Assembly (NCBI GenBank): GCA_963728565.1
Contig: CAVSLC010000004.1
Span: 75,984 to 139,983 of the forward strand
DNA from: an uncultured delta proteobacterium
Lineage (GTDB): Bacteria; Desulfobacterota; Binatia; UBA9968
Direction: 5' to 3'
Length of the DNA stretch: 64,000 bases
The translations under genes and the position numbers were made by a program. Positions 20,100-30,441 of this stretch are shown piece by piece (the first letter of the stretch is position 1; the number at the start of each line of letters is the position of its first letter). Below the pieces are notes generated by a model. It saw only the letters and a program-made list of their open reading frames with translations. It had not been told where the DNA came from and ran no database searches.

Positions 20100-21027
20100 A
20101 TGCCTCCAGTCATTTCCATTTCGAACTTGACCAAGACCTACGCTTCCGGGTACCAGGCGCTGAAGGGTATCGACCTCGAGATCCGCAAGGGTGAAATCTT
20201 TGCTCTGTTGGGTCCCAACGGCGCCGGCAAAACCACCGTGATCAGCATCATCTGCGGTATCGTGACCCCCACAGAGGGCATCGTTCTCGTGGACGGCCAC
20301 GACATCGTGCGCGAATACCGCGCGGCGCGGACAAAGATCGGCCTGGTGCCGCAGGAGCTGACCACCGACGCGTTCGAGTCGGTATGGGCGACCGTGAGCT
20401 TCAGCCGGGGTCTCTTCGGTCATGCGCCGAACCCGGCTTTTATTGAGCAGGTGCTGCGTGACTTATCTTTGTGGGAAAAGCGCGAAAACAAGATTATGAC
20501 CTTGTCGGGCGGCATGAAACGCCGCGTGATGATCGCCAAGGCCCTGTCGCACGAGCCGGAGATTCTTTTCCTCGACGAGCCCACCGCGGGCGTAGACGTC
20601 GAGTTGCGCCGCGACATGTGGGACGCTGGTGCGAAGCCTGCGGGAAAGCGGCGTCACCATCATCCTGACCACCCACTACATCGATGAGGCCGAGGAGATG
20701 GCCGACCGCATCGGGGTGATCAACAAAGGAGGACTGGTCGTGGTTGAAGACAAGGTCGAGCTGATGAAAAAACTCGGCAAGAAGCAGCTGACCCTGAGCC
20801 TCCTCGACCCTTTGCCATCGCTTCCGCTGGAATTAAGCGAATGGCCGGTGGCGCTGAAGGACGGCGGGCGCGAGCTGGAATACACTTTCCACGGCAATGA
20901 AGAAAGCACTGGAATCCCGATTCTGCTAAAGCGGCTCGGCGATCTCGGCATCGGCTTCAAGGACCTGAACACGCGGCAGAGCTCGCTCGAGGACATCTTC
21001 GTCAGCCTGGTGAGCGATCGCAAATGA
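20100..21027 (+). CDS. ABC transporter ATP-binding protein (YadG-like), +1 frameshift near 20620
   Basis: [21 protein letters not shown]; removing one G from ATGTGGGACG restores [23 protein letters not shown]. Confidence 0.85.
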
Positions 21028-21812
21028 GCACGGCAACAAAACCATCGAGATTCAACAGGCACGGTGTCTGGGCAATCTACAAGTTCGAAATGGCGCGTGC
21101 CTTGCGCACGTTGTTGCAAAGCGTAGTGACGCCGGTGATGACCACCTCGCTTTATTTCGTCGTCTTCGGCGCCGCCATCGGCTCGCGCATGACCGAAGTG
21201 AACGGCATCGCCTACGGCTCTTTCATCGTGCCGGGATTGATGATGCTGTCGCTGTTGACCCAGAGCATTTCCAATGCTTCGTTCGGCATCTATTTTCCGA
21301 AGTTTACCGGGACAGTTTATGAACTCTTGTCCGCCCCGGTCTCCTCTATGGAAATCGTCATCGCCTACGTTGGCGCCGCGGCGAGCAAATCCGTCGTTCT
21401 CGGCCTCATCATTCTGGCAACAGCCGCGCTGTTTGTGCCGATCACGATTCTTCACCCGGTGTGGATGATCGCCTTTTTAGTGCTGACCGCGGCGACCTTC
21501 AGTCTCTTCGGTTTCATCATCGGTCTCTGGGCCAAAGGCTTCGAACAGTTGCAGTTCATCCCGATGCTGGTCGTAACGCCGCTGACCTTTCTCGGGGGCG
21601 CCTTCTATTCGATCGACATGCTGCCGCCGGCGTGGCGCACGGTTACATTGTTCAATCCCGTAGTTTATCTCATCAGCGGATTCCGCTGGAGCTTTTACGG
21701 CACCTCCGACGTGAGTGTCAGCGTGAGCCTGGCGATGACATCGGGATTCTTTGCGATCTGCCTGGCGGTGGTCGCATGGATCTTCAAGACCGGATACCGG
21801 CTGAAGAGCTGA
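21024..21812 (+). CDS. ABC-2 permease (YadH-like)
   Basis: [38 protein letters not shown]; ATGA overlap with the ATPase gene. Confidence 0.9.
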   Translation: MSTATKPSRFNRHGVWAIYKFEMARALRTLLQSVVTPVMTTSLYFVVFGAAIGSRMTEVNGIAYGSFIVPGLMMLSLLTQSISNASFGIYFPKFTGTVYELLSAPVSSMEIVIAYVGAAASKSVVLGLIILATAALFVPITILHPVWMIAFLVLTAATFSLFGFIIGLWAKGFEQLQFIPMLVVTPLTFLGGAFYSIDMLPPAWRTVTLFNPVVYLISGFRWSFYGTSDVSVSVSLAMTSGFFAICLAVVAWIFKTGYRLKS

Positions 21813-22055
21813 CGGAATTGAAACGCACTCGTCGCTCTCGAGCGATATTGTGCGACAAAAGCTTGCCGCATCGCTTAATCGAGGCAAATCACAATCTCCC
21901 CACCGCGGCAGATCACCGCACTCGAGTTGCCACCTTGTCACAAAAGAGCGTGAATGCGCACGCATTCGCCAAGCGATTCGCCCTAGCGCAGGATCCGGCC
22001 ATTGATGGCAAATGCCTTGCGTCAGACACCACCCGATATCTGATCGGAGGAAATC

Positions 22056-22451
22056 ATGAAATCATTTTTGGTCGCTTTTCTCGTAATCTTCTTAGCCGCA
22101 GTATTCGAAGCTCCCGGCGTGCGCGGCAACGAATTCAAAGAACGAGAAGCAAAAATCAGCCAGTACAAGCAATGGCTCGATTCTCTCGGCTCTCACGGTT
22201 CCCAATATTGGATGCGTCTCGATGGCAAGCCGCGGCCTCATCGGTTATATTTGGGCGAAGGCTTCTATCGCGCCGACTTTAAAAGCCAAGAGCGTTTCGT
22301 CGATACGTTCTCAAATTATCTTGCAGGACACCCGGAAAAATTCATGCTTATCGATCTCTTCGATGCGGCCAGCAACAAACCGGTAGGCGAGTATGGATTC
22401 GGCGGCTTCAAACTTTACACAAAGCCTCTGCAGACCGCCGAGCGTCCTTAA
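22056..22451 (+). CDS. Hypothetical exported protein
   Basis: GGAGG RBS, N-terminal signal peptide, 131 aa. Confidence 0.7.
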   Translation: MKSFLVAFLVIFLAAVFEAPGVRGNEFKEREAKISQYKQWLDSLGSHGSQYWMRLDGKPRPHRLYLGEGFYRADFKSQERFVDTFSNYLAGHPEKFMLIDLFDAASNKPVGEYGFGGFKLYTKPLQTAERP

Positions 22452-22706
22452 GATTATTGCAACCGATAGCTCTATAATCTCCCGCCGACGCCGCTTCCGC
22501 TGATGTTGGCCAAGACTAACGGCGCGGAATCTGCTCGACCTCATGCAAGGTGTCGAGTAAACTTCGACCGCCCGCTGCTACTCGAAGGCGCGCGAGAATT
22601 GCTCCAAATCTGCAGCGAGTTTCGCCAAGTCTGGAGCTTGTAAATCTCCTTCCCGCCGGATAGTTGAGGTTCGTCTCAAGCGCCAATAGCCGGGCACTGG
22701 AGGAAG

Positions 22707-24578
22707 ATGATTTCCGCCGAACAAATTACCCAAGCCTTCGACAGCGCAACGCGGCAATTCCGCCAATCCGACGAGTATCAGGAGCTTGTCGCGGGACGTG
22801 CCAGCCCCGAGTCTGCCCGCGAGTTTTTGCGCAACGTTTTTCGCACCCACTTCCTCTCCTCGCATATCGTTGCCCTGTGCTTCGCATCATTGCCGTCGAC
22901 GGCGGCCGAGATGTTGAGAGAAAATCTCCTGGAGGAAATGGGCCGCTCCGACGCCGGAAGGCCGCATTCGGCGCTGCTCCTGGAGCTGGCGCGCGGGGTC
23001 GGCTTTGACCAGAGCGAAATCGACGGGCTGATCGCCGATGCCCGCCGGCGCCTCGCGGTCTTCTGCGCCACTCATGTGCCGGCCTCAACCCTGCGCGAGC
23101 TTTGCCTGGCGGTGTTGCTCGAAACCATGAGCTTCGAGTTCATGCTGTCGCGCTGTTCGAGCGAGATCGCCGCTGCCCTGTCCAGCCGCTTCGGCTTTGC
23201 TAAACCGGCCCTGCACTGGTTTGCGCTCCATTCGGAGGTCGACGTGCGCCACGCCGAAGAGGGGGTGACCATAATCCAGGATTATCTCAGCTTTCACCAG
23301 GCACCCGACGATCTCTTCGAGCAAATCGCGAGTCTGACACTGGGCGATAACATTTTCGCTCGCCACTATTTTCCAGCCGGCTCGAAACAGCGGACCGGCA
23401 CTCGATCGGTCCCGGCCAAGGCGCGGCGTATCGAAGCCCTGACCATTTACCGGCTGCGCATCCCGTTTCACCAAACCTTCCGCCATGCGCTGCACAGCCG
23501 CGAAGAGAGCGACGCGGTGATCGTTAAAGTCGTCGACAGCGACGGCCGCCGCGGTTTTGGCGAGAGCTTGCCTCGATCCTATGTCACCGGCGAGACAACC
23601 GAATCCATGATCGCGCGCATTCGCGAGCACCTGGCGCCTCGGGTGTTTTCGCAATCGTTGGCACCGGGCTGGGAAACTTTCGAGTATCTTCAATCCGTCG
23701 TGTCCGAATGGACGCGACCCGAAGAGCGGCAAAGCAGCATTGCCGCCTGGAACGCCGCCTTTTGCGCCGTCGAGTTGGCATTGCTCGACTGGAGCCTGCG
23801 CGCCGATCACTGCGCCTTGGCCGACTTGCTGCCGCCGACGCGCTACGAAGTTGTCTACAGTGGCGTGATCTCGGCCGATGCACCCGACGACGCGGCCGCT
23901 CTCGCCAAGAGAATGGCCCGGATCGGCATACGCCAGATCAAAGTGAAGGTCGGCACCATTGATGACGCGGCGCGGCTCGAAGCGGTGCGTAAAGCCGTCG
24001 GTGTCGAGGTCGAATTGCGCGCCGACGCCAACGGCGCCTGGAGTGCCGACGAGGCGATCGAACAACTACAACGATTGGCGCGCTTCAAGTTGCAATCGAT
24101 TGAACAGCCGGTGCGGGCCGATGATCTGGCAGGAATGAAACGAGCGCGTCAGGAGAGCGGCGTTGCAGTCATGGCCGATGAGTCGCTGGTCACGTTGGAT
24201 CAGGCGCGCCTCTTGATAGAACTCCGCGCTTGCGATTATTTTAACATCCGACTATCCAAGAACGGCGGCATCGGCGCCAGTTTAGCGATCGCCAGATTGG
24301 CGCAAGAAGCGGGGGTGAAAATTCAGGTGGGTGCGCAGGTCGGTGAGACCGGTATTTTGTCGGCCGCAGGGCGCACTTTGGCGGCGTATTTGCCGGCTCT
24401 GGCATTTGCCGAAGGCTCCTTCGGTACCTGGCTGCTCACCGAGGATGTCACATTCGAAAACGTCGCGTTTGGCTTGGGCGGGCGGGCGCCGCTTTTGCAC
24501 ACCCAAGGGCTCAGCGTCACGGTGAAGGAAGAGGTCCTGGAGCGTCTCGCCGCCGCGAAAATCGAGCTGCGCCGGTAA
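22707..24578 (+). CDS. Fusion of an N-terminal heme-oxygenase-like (CADD/TenA/PqqC) diiron domain and a C-terminal enolase-superfamily (MLE/dipeptide-epimerase-like) domain
   Basis: ENLLEEMG..H, ETMSFE, HSEVDVRH in the first ~225 aa; then GFGE, KVKVG, DANG, IEQP, ADES, NIRLSK; single frame with GGAGG RBS. Confidence 0.85.
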   Translation: MISAEQITQAFDSATRQFRQSDEYQELVAGRASPESAREFLRNVFRTHFLSSHIVALCFASLPSTAAEMLRENLLEEMGRSDAGRPHSALLLELARGVGFDQSEIDGLIADARRRLAVFCATHVPASTLRELCLAVLLETMSFEFMLSRCSSEIAAALSSRFGFAKPALHWFALHSEVDVRHAEEGVTIIQDYLSFHQAPDDLFEQIASLTLGDNIFARHYFPAGSKQRTGTRSVPAKARRIEALTIYRLRIPFHQTFRHALHSREESDAVIVKVVDSDGRRGFGESLPRSYVTGETTESMIARIREHLAPRVFSQSLAPGWETFEYLQSVVSEWTRPEERQSSIAAWNAAFCAVELALLDWSLRADHCALADLLPPTRYEVVYSGVISADAPDDAAALAKRMARIGIRQIKVKVGTIDDAARLEAVRKAVGVEVELRADANGAWSADEAIEQLQRLARFKLQSIEQPVRADDLAGMKRARQESGVAVMADESLVTLDQARLLIELRACDYFNIRLSKNGGIGASLAIARLAQEAGVKIQVGAQVGETGILSAAGRTLAAYLPALAFAEGSFGTWLLTEDVTFENVAFGLGGRAPLLHTQGLSVTVKEEVLERLAAAKIELRR

Positions 24579-24584
24579 CCCTCT

Positions 24585-26272
24585 ATGCGACTGCTCGTCA
24601 AAGCCGCTATGTTCGTAATCCGCCGCCAGTGGACACGCTGGCAAAAGCTCACATCCAAGCCCCAGGAAACTCAGGAGCGACTGCTTCTCGATATCATCGA
24701 GCGCAATCGCTCCACCCGCTTCGGCCGCGATCATGGCTTCAAATCGATCGGCTCTCTGCGCGATTATCGCAAGCAAGTGGCGATCGCCGATTACGAGCGT
24801 CTGCGTCCGTATGTCGAGCTCGTTAACAACGCGCGAGCGCGGCGCGCTGACCGCCGAGCCCATCGACATGTTCACGATGACCAGTGGCAGCTACGGGTGA
24901 TCCCAAGCTGATCCCGGTAACGGCAAAAACACGAGAGAACCACCGGCAATTGACGCGGCTGTGGTATTACCGCGCGCTCGTAGACCATCCCGATCTCTTC
25001 AACGGCAAACTCGTTGGCGTCGTCAGCCCGGAAGTCGAAGGAGAAACAGCCGGCGGTATTCCATTCGGCGCCGCTTCGGGTTTGATTTACCGGAGCAGCC
25101 CGCGTTGGATACAAAATGCTTACGCCGTGCCCTACGTGGTTTCCGAGATTAAAGACTTCGAGGCCAAATACTATCTGATCATGCGTCTTGCGCTGGAACA
25201 GGATATTTCGTTTTTCGCCACGCCCAATCCGAGTACGATTTTGAAGCTCGTCCAAAGCGCAAGTCAGAATAAGTACGACATCATCAAGGACATTCATGAC
25301 GGCACTATCACATCGCGTTTCGACCTGCCGGCCCAAGTGCGTGCGTCGCTCGCGTCACGGTTGAGAAAAAACCTGCCGCGCGCGCGGCGACTGGAATCTT
25401 TAATCAAGCACGACGGAGCGCTCCGACCCAAAGAGTACTGGCCCCGGCTGCGACTTATCGGTTGCTGGAAGGGGGGCAGCGCCGGAGTGCGACTGAAGGA
25501 ATTCGCCGGCTGGTTCGGCAAAACCACACCGGTACGCGATCTCGGTTACATGGCCAGTGAGGCGCAGATGACATTGCCGATATTCGACTCAGGGTCCGCT
25601 GGCATTCTCGCGATCGATAAAAACTTTTACGAATTCATCCCCGAGTCCGAAATCAATGCGTCTGCGCCAACGATCTTGACATGTTCCGAGCTCGAGGAGG
25701 GAAATCTTTATTATATTATTCTTACCACACCCGGCGGATTGTACCGCTACGACATCAACGACGTGATTCGCGTCGCTGGATTTTACAACCAAACGCCGCT
25801 CCTCGAATTCGTCCGTAAAGGCCGCGATGTCACCAGCATCACCGGCGAAAAGTTGCACGTCAACCAGTTAATCGGCGCCATGGCGCAGGCGCAAAGAGTT
25901 GCCGGCGTGGCGGTGCAACATTTTCGCGCTTGCGCCCATGTGGAAAAGTCTCTTTACGTTCTCTCGGTGGAACTGGACGGCGCCATCCCAAGCCGCGAAA
26001 GCCTAGTGCAACTGCTGCATGAACTTGATGCCGGCTTGCGAGAACTCAATGTGGAATATGCGCAAAAACGCGACTCGCAGCGGCTCGGCTCGCCGATCCT
26101 TTGCGTGATGAAGCCCGGTTGGTTCGAGCGCAGAACCCAGATAATTCTCCAGCGCGGCGGGCGCGACACGCAATTTAAAGCGCAGCTTCTGTGCGCCACA
26201 CCGGAAGACCCGGACGAGATAGAGTTCATCGTCCAAACCGCAGGCGCAGCGCCAGTAAAAAATCCAGATTGA
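24585..26272 (+). CDS. GH3 family acyl-acid amido synthetase (ANL superfamily), two +1 frameshifts (~24832, ~24892)
   Basis: TRFGRDHGF, YERLRPYV; corrected MTSGSTGDPKLIP P-loop; LGYMASE, GLYRYDINDV, ITGEKL. Confidence 0.85.
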
Positions 26273-26278
26273 CGCCGC

Positions 26279-26713
26279 ATGCACGGCCGCGCTCTGGCGA
26301 TTCTGACTCTGCTTTTCGCGCTTCGCGTCTTGGGCCAAGCTCTGGTGGTATTTTTTTCGGTCGGCTGGCTGCCGCCCGCAGAGCAATGGTTCTCCGGTCT
26401 GATCCGCTATCCTATTCTTCTCGGCATCCAATTGGTTATGCTGGCCTTGATGTTCAAAATCGCAGTCGATATCTGGCGCGGTCGAAGCTTTTTCGCCAAG
26501 CCGAGACCTGGCTGTTCCCGATTCCTGGTCGCCTGCAGCATTTTGTACGCGGTCAGCATGGTGCTGCGCTACGCTTTAACGATGACGTACCGGCCCGAAA
26601 TGCGCTGGTTCGGCGGCACGATCCCGATTTTTTTCCACTTCGTCCTTGCCGCTTTCGTCTACACCTGGGGTAAATTTCATTCACAAAGGGACAAACTTGC
26701 AATCGCCCCATAA
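26279..26713 (+). CDS. Small integral membrane protein (~4 TM)
   Basis: Hydrophobic segments; starts 6 nt after the GH3 stop. Confidence 0.75.
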   Translation: MHGRALAILTLLFALRVLGQALVVFFSVGWLPPAEQWFSGLIRYPILLGIQLVMLALMFKIAVDIWRGRSFFAKPRPGCSRFLVACSILYAVSMVLRYALTMTYRPEMRWFGGTIPIFFHFVLAAFVYTWGKFHSQRDKLAIAP

Positions 26714-26859
26714 CGGCAGTTCCACAATCGCACAGGACATGAATGTGACCGTGAGCTCCTTCTGTTTATTTCTATGATAGAACGATCTCTAACGATTTTG
26801 GCGCAACCCTCACAAATCGAATTAGGGCGCTGACTGATCCGTGACGAGGTGAACTAATC

Positions 26860-27852
26860 ATGGCTGGCACTCCTATTTTCACCGGCGCACAAGCGATCAC
26901 CCGCCTGCGCGAAACAGTGCACGGTAACGCCGCGAACTTTTACGCGATGTACTCGAGTGTCCTTGGCGGCATCGTCAACGATCCGGCACTCATGGTGCTG
27001 CCGCTCGATGATCACATGGTGCACCGCGGTCACGGCGTCTTTGATACCGCTACACTGACGCACGGGATGCTTTATCAACTCGATCGACATTTGGATCGAT
27101 TGATTCAATCGGCCCAGGGAGCGCGTATTCCGTTGCCGTTATGTCGCGAGGAACTGCGCCAGATCATTCTCGACACTGCTGCGGCAAGCCGCCAGCGCGA
27201 TGGATCGGTTCGCTATTGGCTCTCCGCCGGCCCCGGCGGCTATGGCCTTGGTCCAGCAGAATGTGTTCGCAGTAGTTTTTACGTAATCGTGTTTAAACAG
27301 GAAGCTTATCCGGAAAGCTACTATCATGACGGAATCAAGCTCATAACCAGCAAAGTGCCGATCAAACCGCCGCTTTTTGCCCGCATCAAGTCGACCAATT
27401 ATCTGCCTAACGTCCTGGTCCTCTTAGAAGCCAAAGACCAAGGCGCCGACAACGGAATTTTCATCGACGAGCGCGGCATGGTAGCGGAAAGCTCGAATAT
27501 GAACGTAGCTTTCGTGACGCGGGATCGGGTGTTCCGCCATCCGCCCTTTGAAGCGATTCTTTCGGGGATCACGATCCAGAGAGTTCTCGAGTTCGCTACC
27601 CTGCTCGTGCAGCAAGGGATACTGAATGCTATCGACCTCACCGCTATTTCGGTGCAGGAAGGACGCAAAGCGGCGGAAATGATGCTGATCGGCAGCTCGA
27701 TTAGAGTCGCGCCCGTGGTCGTATGGGACGGGCAAATAATCGGCGACGGCAAACCCGGACCGATTGCCAAGAAGCTGCTGGAAAGGTGGAATGAAGACAC
27801 TACCTCTGCGCAGGATCAGCTCATCATGGTGCCGTACGATCAAGTAAGTTAA
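26860..27852 (+). CDS. PLP-dependent fold-type IV enzyme resembling plant D-amino acid transaminase / 4-amino-4-deoxychorismate lyase
   Basis: AMYSSVLGGI, LPLDDHMVHRGHGVFDT, IKSTNYLPNVL (PLP lysine), ILSGIT. Confidence 0.85.
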   Translation: MAGTPIFTGAQAITRLRETVHGNAANFYAMYSSVLGGIVNDPALMVLPLDDHMVHRGHGVFDTATLTHGMLYQLDRHLDRLIQSAQGARIPLPLCREELRQIILDTAAASRQRDGSVRYWLSAGPGGYGLGPAECVRSSFYVIVFKQEAYPESYYHDGIKLITSKVPIKPPLFARIKSTNYLPNVLVLLEAKDQGADNGIFIDERGMVAESSNMNVAFVTRDRVFRHPPFEAILSGITIQRVLEFATLLVQQGILNAIDLTAISVQEGRKAAEMMLIGSSIRVAPVVVWDGQIIGDGKPGPIAKKLLERWNEDTTSAQDQLIMVPYDQVS

Positions 27853-28130
27853 AGTGAACCTCGCCTGCTCGCGTTTTACCGTCAGACTACCATCCGAGTA
27901 ATTTGGCTTCTTGGTTGGACGCGTGCTAGCCGATGTCATCGGTGCTTGCGCGCGAACCCTATGAACAACTGCGCATCGATGCGCCTGTGACCAATTTTAA
28001 GCGCCATCTGCTTGATCGTGGAGAAATAGAAATCTCCACCGCGGAGCTTACAGTCAGGCCCCACCAGGCGCGTTGATTTTGCGCCCGATGGGGCATGTGT
28101 CACTCGGCTACCATGACCGAACCGCCTCAG

Positions 28131-29573
28131 TTATTCCCTGGTCGTTAGCCTGGACTGAATTTCAACCTGCTGTTGCTGCAGCGGAAGATTGGCAATCTCG
28201 CGCGCTGATCCCGTCAGCTCCAGGATGTGCAAGCCGGTATTGGCCCGGTCAACAATGTAAATCAGACCGCGATCGTCGACCTCAACATTGTTCGTTTGAA
28301 TCGCGATCTTACCAGCGCGCGGGTCGGTATTCGCTGTTGTGGCCGGAACAAAGTACGCGATCTCCTTCGGCTGGAACGGATTGCGGATGTCGACGGCGCG
28401 AACCCCTGCGTTGAAGTAAGCGACGAATAGGATCCGCCCATAATAGATCGGCGTGAAGCTCTCATTCGAGGAGTGCGCGCCGAAGCGCCCGCCACGGCGG
28501 CAGAAGACGCCGTCGGGATCCGGCACGTGGTAGCTCGAAACCACCTGAGGCGTGGACTCGATAGTGACATCGGCGAAGAAGACCATCTGATGGGATTCTC
28601 CGTTGCACTCGTTGGCCGTCGATTCGTTGACGATCGCTAGGATGTCGCGGGTGCCGCCCACATTGAAGGGCCCGAGATGAGGGATTCGCACGCCGAGTAT
28701 CGGGAATGTGGTGTGCGCGCCCACCAGCGGCGACGTATCGAACTGTGCGATGACGGGGAAAGTAAGGTTCTCCGGCGTCGGCTCCGGGGGGCCGGTCAAG
28801 AGCTTCGTGCGGTCGGCGATCTGAACGGTCCCGTTTGAGCTGGTGCCGTGACCGAAATAAACCCGGTGCCCCGCGCTGATCGCGCCGTGCAAATCCGTCG
28901 GAACGTCGCCCGTCGAACCCGGTTCTTGACCTACCAGACCGTAGTCACGGATGTGAACCGGCGACCTCGGATTACTCAAATCAAACACCTGGGTCATGCG
29001 GTCGGTGCGCCATCCAGGCACGCCCGAGACCAGGTACGCAATGCCGGTATCACACTCCCACCAGTTTTTATGTGTTCCCTCGAGTCCGGATACCACCGTG
29101 GTCCGGAGCACTGGCGAGCTTGGATTTCTGACATCATAAATTTGATGGGCTTCATTGCCGTGCGCCCTTAGCAGGAACACTCCCTCCACATCCGCAGAGG
29201 TGACGCCGGGCAAATCCGTGCCATTGCACACCCGCACCATCTGCGCGCCGCCCGCCTCACCCGCTCCGCTGGGACCCGGGATGTGATGGAGATAAACGGG
29301 ATTACGGGGATCGGTGACGTCGACAATAGATACGCCGTTGTTCTCCACAGCGTTGGTCAGCGGATTAAAGGCCGAGCCGCCGTGGTGCCCAATATAGGCG
29401 ATCCATCGGCTGCCCTGCTGATGGATTATCGGCTGATAGGCGGAACGGGCTTGAAGAGTGTTGTGGCCCAGGAGCGCCATATTATTGGAATCGGATGGAT
29501 GCTGCGCCTCCACATGCCCACTGCTCAAGCTCACTGATATGATCATAATTAGTAGGAGTATCAACTTTTTCAT
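28131..29573 (-). CDS. Secreted LVIVD-repeat (beta-propeller-like) protein
   Basis: Signal peptide; repeated IVDVTDPRNP, YDVRNPSSP, FDLSNPRSP, VDIRNPFQP; GGRFGAH. Confidence 0.8.
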   Translation of the reverse strand: MKKLILLLIMIISVSLSSGHVEAQHPSDSNNMALLGHNTLQARSAYQPIIHQQGSRWIAYIGHHGGSAFNPLTNAVENNGVSIVDVTDPRNPVYLHHIPGPSGAGEAGGAQMVRVCNGTDLPGVTSADVEGVFLLRAHGNEAHQIYDVRNPSSPVLRTTVVSGLEGTHKNWWECDTGIAYLVSGVPGWRTDRMTQVFDLSNPRSPVHIRDYGLVGQEPGSTGDVPTDLHGAISAGHRVYFGHGTSSNGTVQIADRTKLLTGPPEPTPENLTFPVIAQFDTSPLVGAHTTFPILGVRIPHLGPFNVGGTRDILAIVNESTANECNGESHQMVFFADVTIESTPQVVSSYHVPDPDGVFCRRGGRFGAHSSNESFTPIYYGRILFVAYFNAGVRAVDIRNPFQPKEIAYFVPATTANTDPRAGKIAIQTNNVEVDDRGLIYIVDRANTGLHILELTGSAREIANLPLQQQQVEIQSRLTTRE

Positions 29574-30204
29574 CGCTTTTTCCCTTCTCTTCTTGATGAA
29601 GGATCTTTATCTCGACTGAACATGTTCTCGCCGCAAAAACATTTTCCCCTGTCCCGCGCGCTTCTCAGGCCTTCACCAGAATTGCGTATGTCCATCTGTA
29701 ATTGCACCGACAAAGACAGGGATTTGCTGGCACATCACCGAGAGCATTTGTTACGTCTCCCGAAACATGCAGTGGTAAGATGAGAGTGTCGAGGAATTTA
29801 GTTGGCAGGCGTGAGCATGTCCAATAGTTTCTTCTAATGACTGGGTATTGGTTTTCCTTATGGCGGAACCAGCTTCACATGAAACGAAAACAATGAGATC
29901 TCAAGAATGCCCCGGACTTTGGTCTTGCTTCGGCTCTTCTCCGGAGTCTAACGCTCCCAAACGAAGCGCCTCCTTGATCACAAAGAGTGTTCGAGCACGA
30001 GCGCGATGCCTGCGCTCTGTAAAGCTTTCTGCCCATGCGTCCTCATAAGAGCAAAAGATCCACTCCCGAAATCAATCGGCCGAAGGAGTTTCCTTAACGA
30101 ATCAAGCGCGGATGAAGAAATAGTTGAAGCTGTAGGGACCGCCTAGACATTTTCTCTCGCTTGGAGTAATCGGGGCTTAAGGTGAATGCGCAACGGGAGC
30201 GACG

Positions 30205-30441
30205 ATGAAGCAGTGGACCATCATAATTTCTTTCATCGGTTTTTTTCTGTCTCGGCCGACCGCGATTTTTTCAGCGGAAACAGCACTGAAGATTGTCAAC
30301 GTGGCGGTTCCGGCGTTTTCCCTGTCGCAGGCGCCGCGGTTTACCGCGCCTGATGCCGGCGCATTCAAAGAATCTGGCATGGAAGTTCGCTATGTCGTCA
30401 CTCCTAGGCGGAACTCTCTAAACAGGAGGACAAAAAGATGA
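30205..30441 (+). pseudogene. Truncated remnant of an ABC substrate-binding protein N-terminus
   Basis: Signal peptide plus VAVPAFSLSQAP...AGAFKESGMEV resembles a NitT/TauT SBP start, but it ends after ~78 aa. Confidence 0.45.

Noticed and set aside
23085-24065. Long antisense ORFs (e.g. 23085-24065, 14397-15293, 62833-63771, 20676-21455)
   Set aside because: They are shadows of well-supported genes on the opposite strand, as expected in GC-rich DNA.
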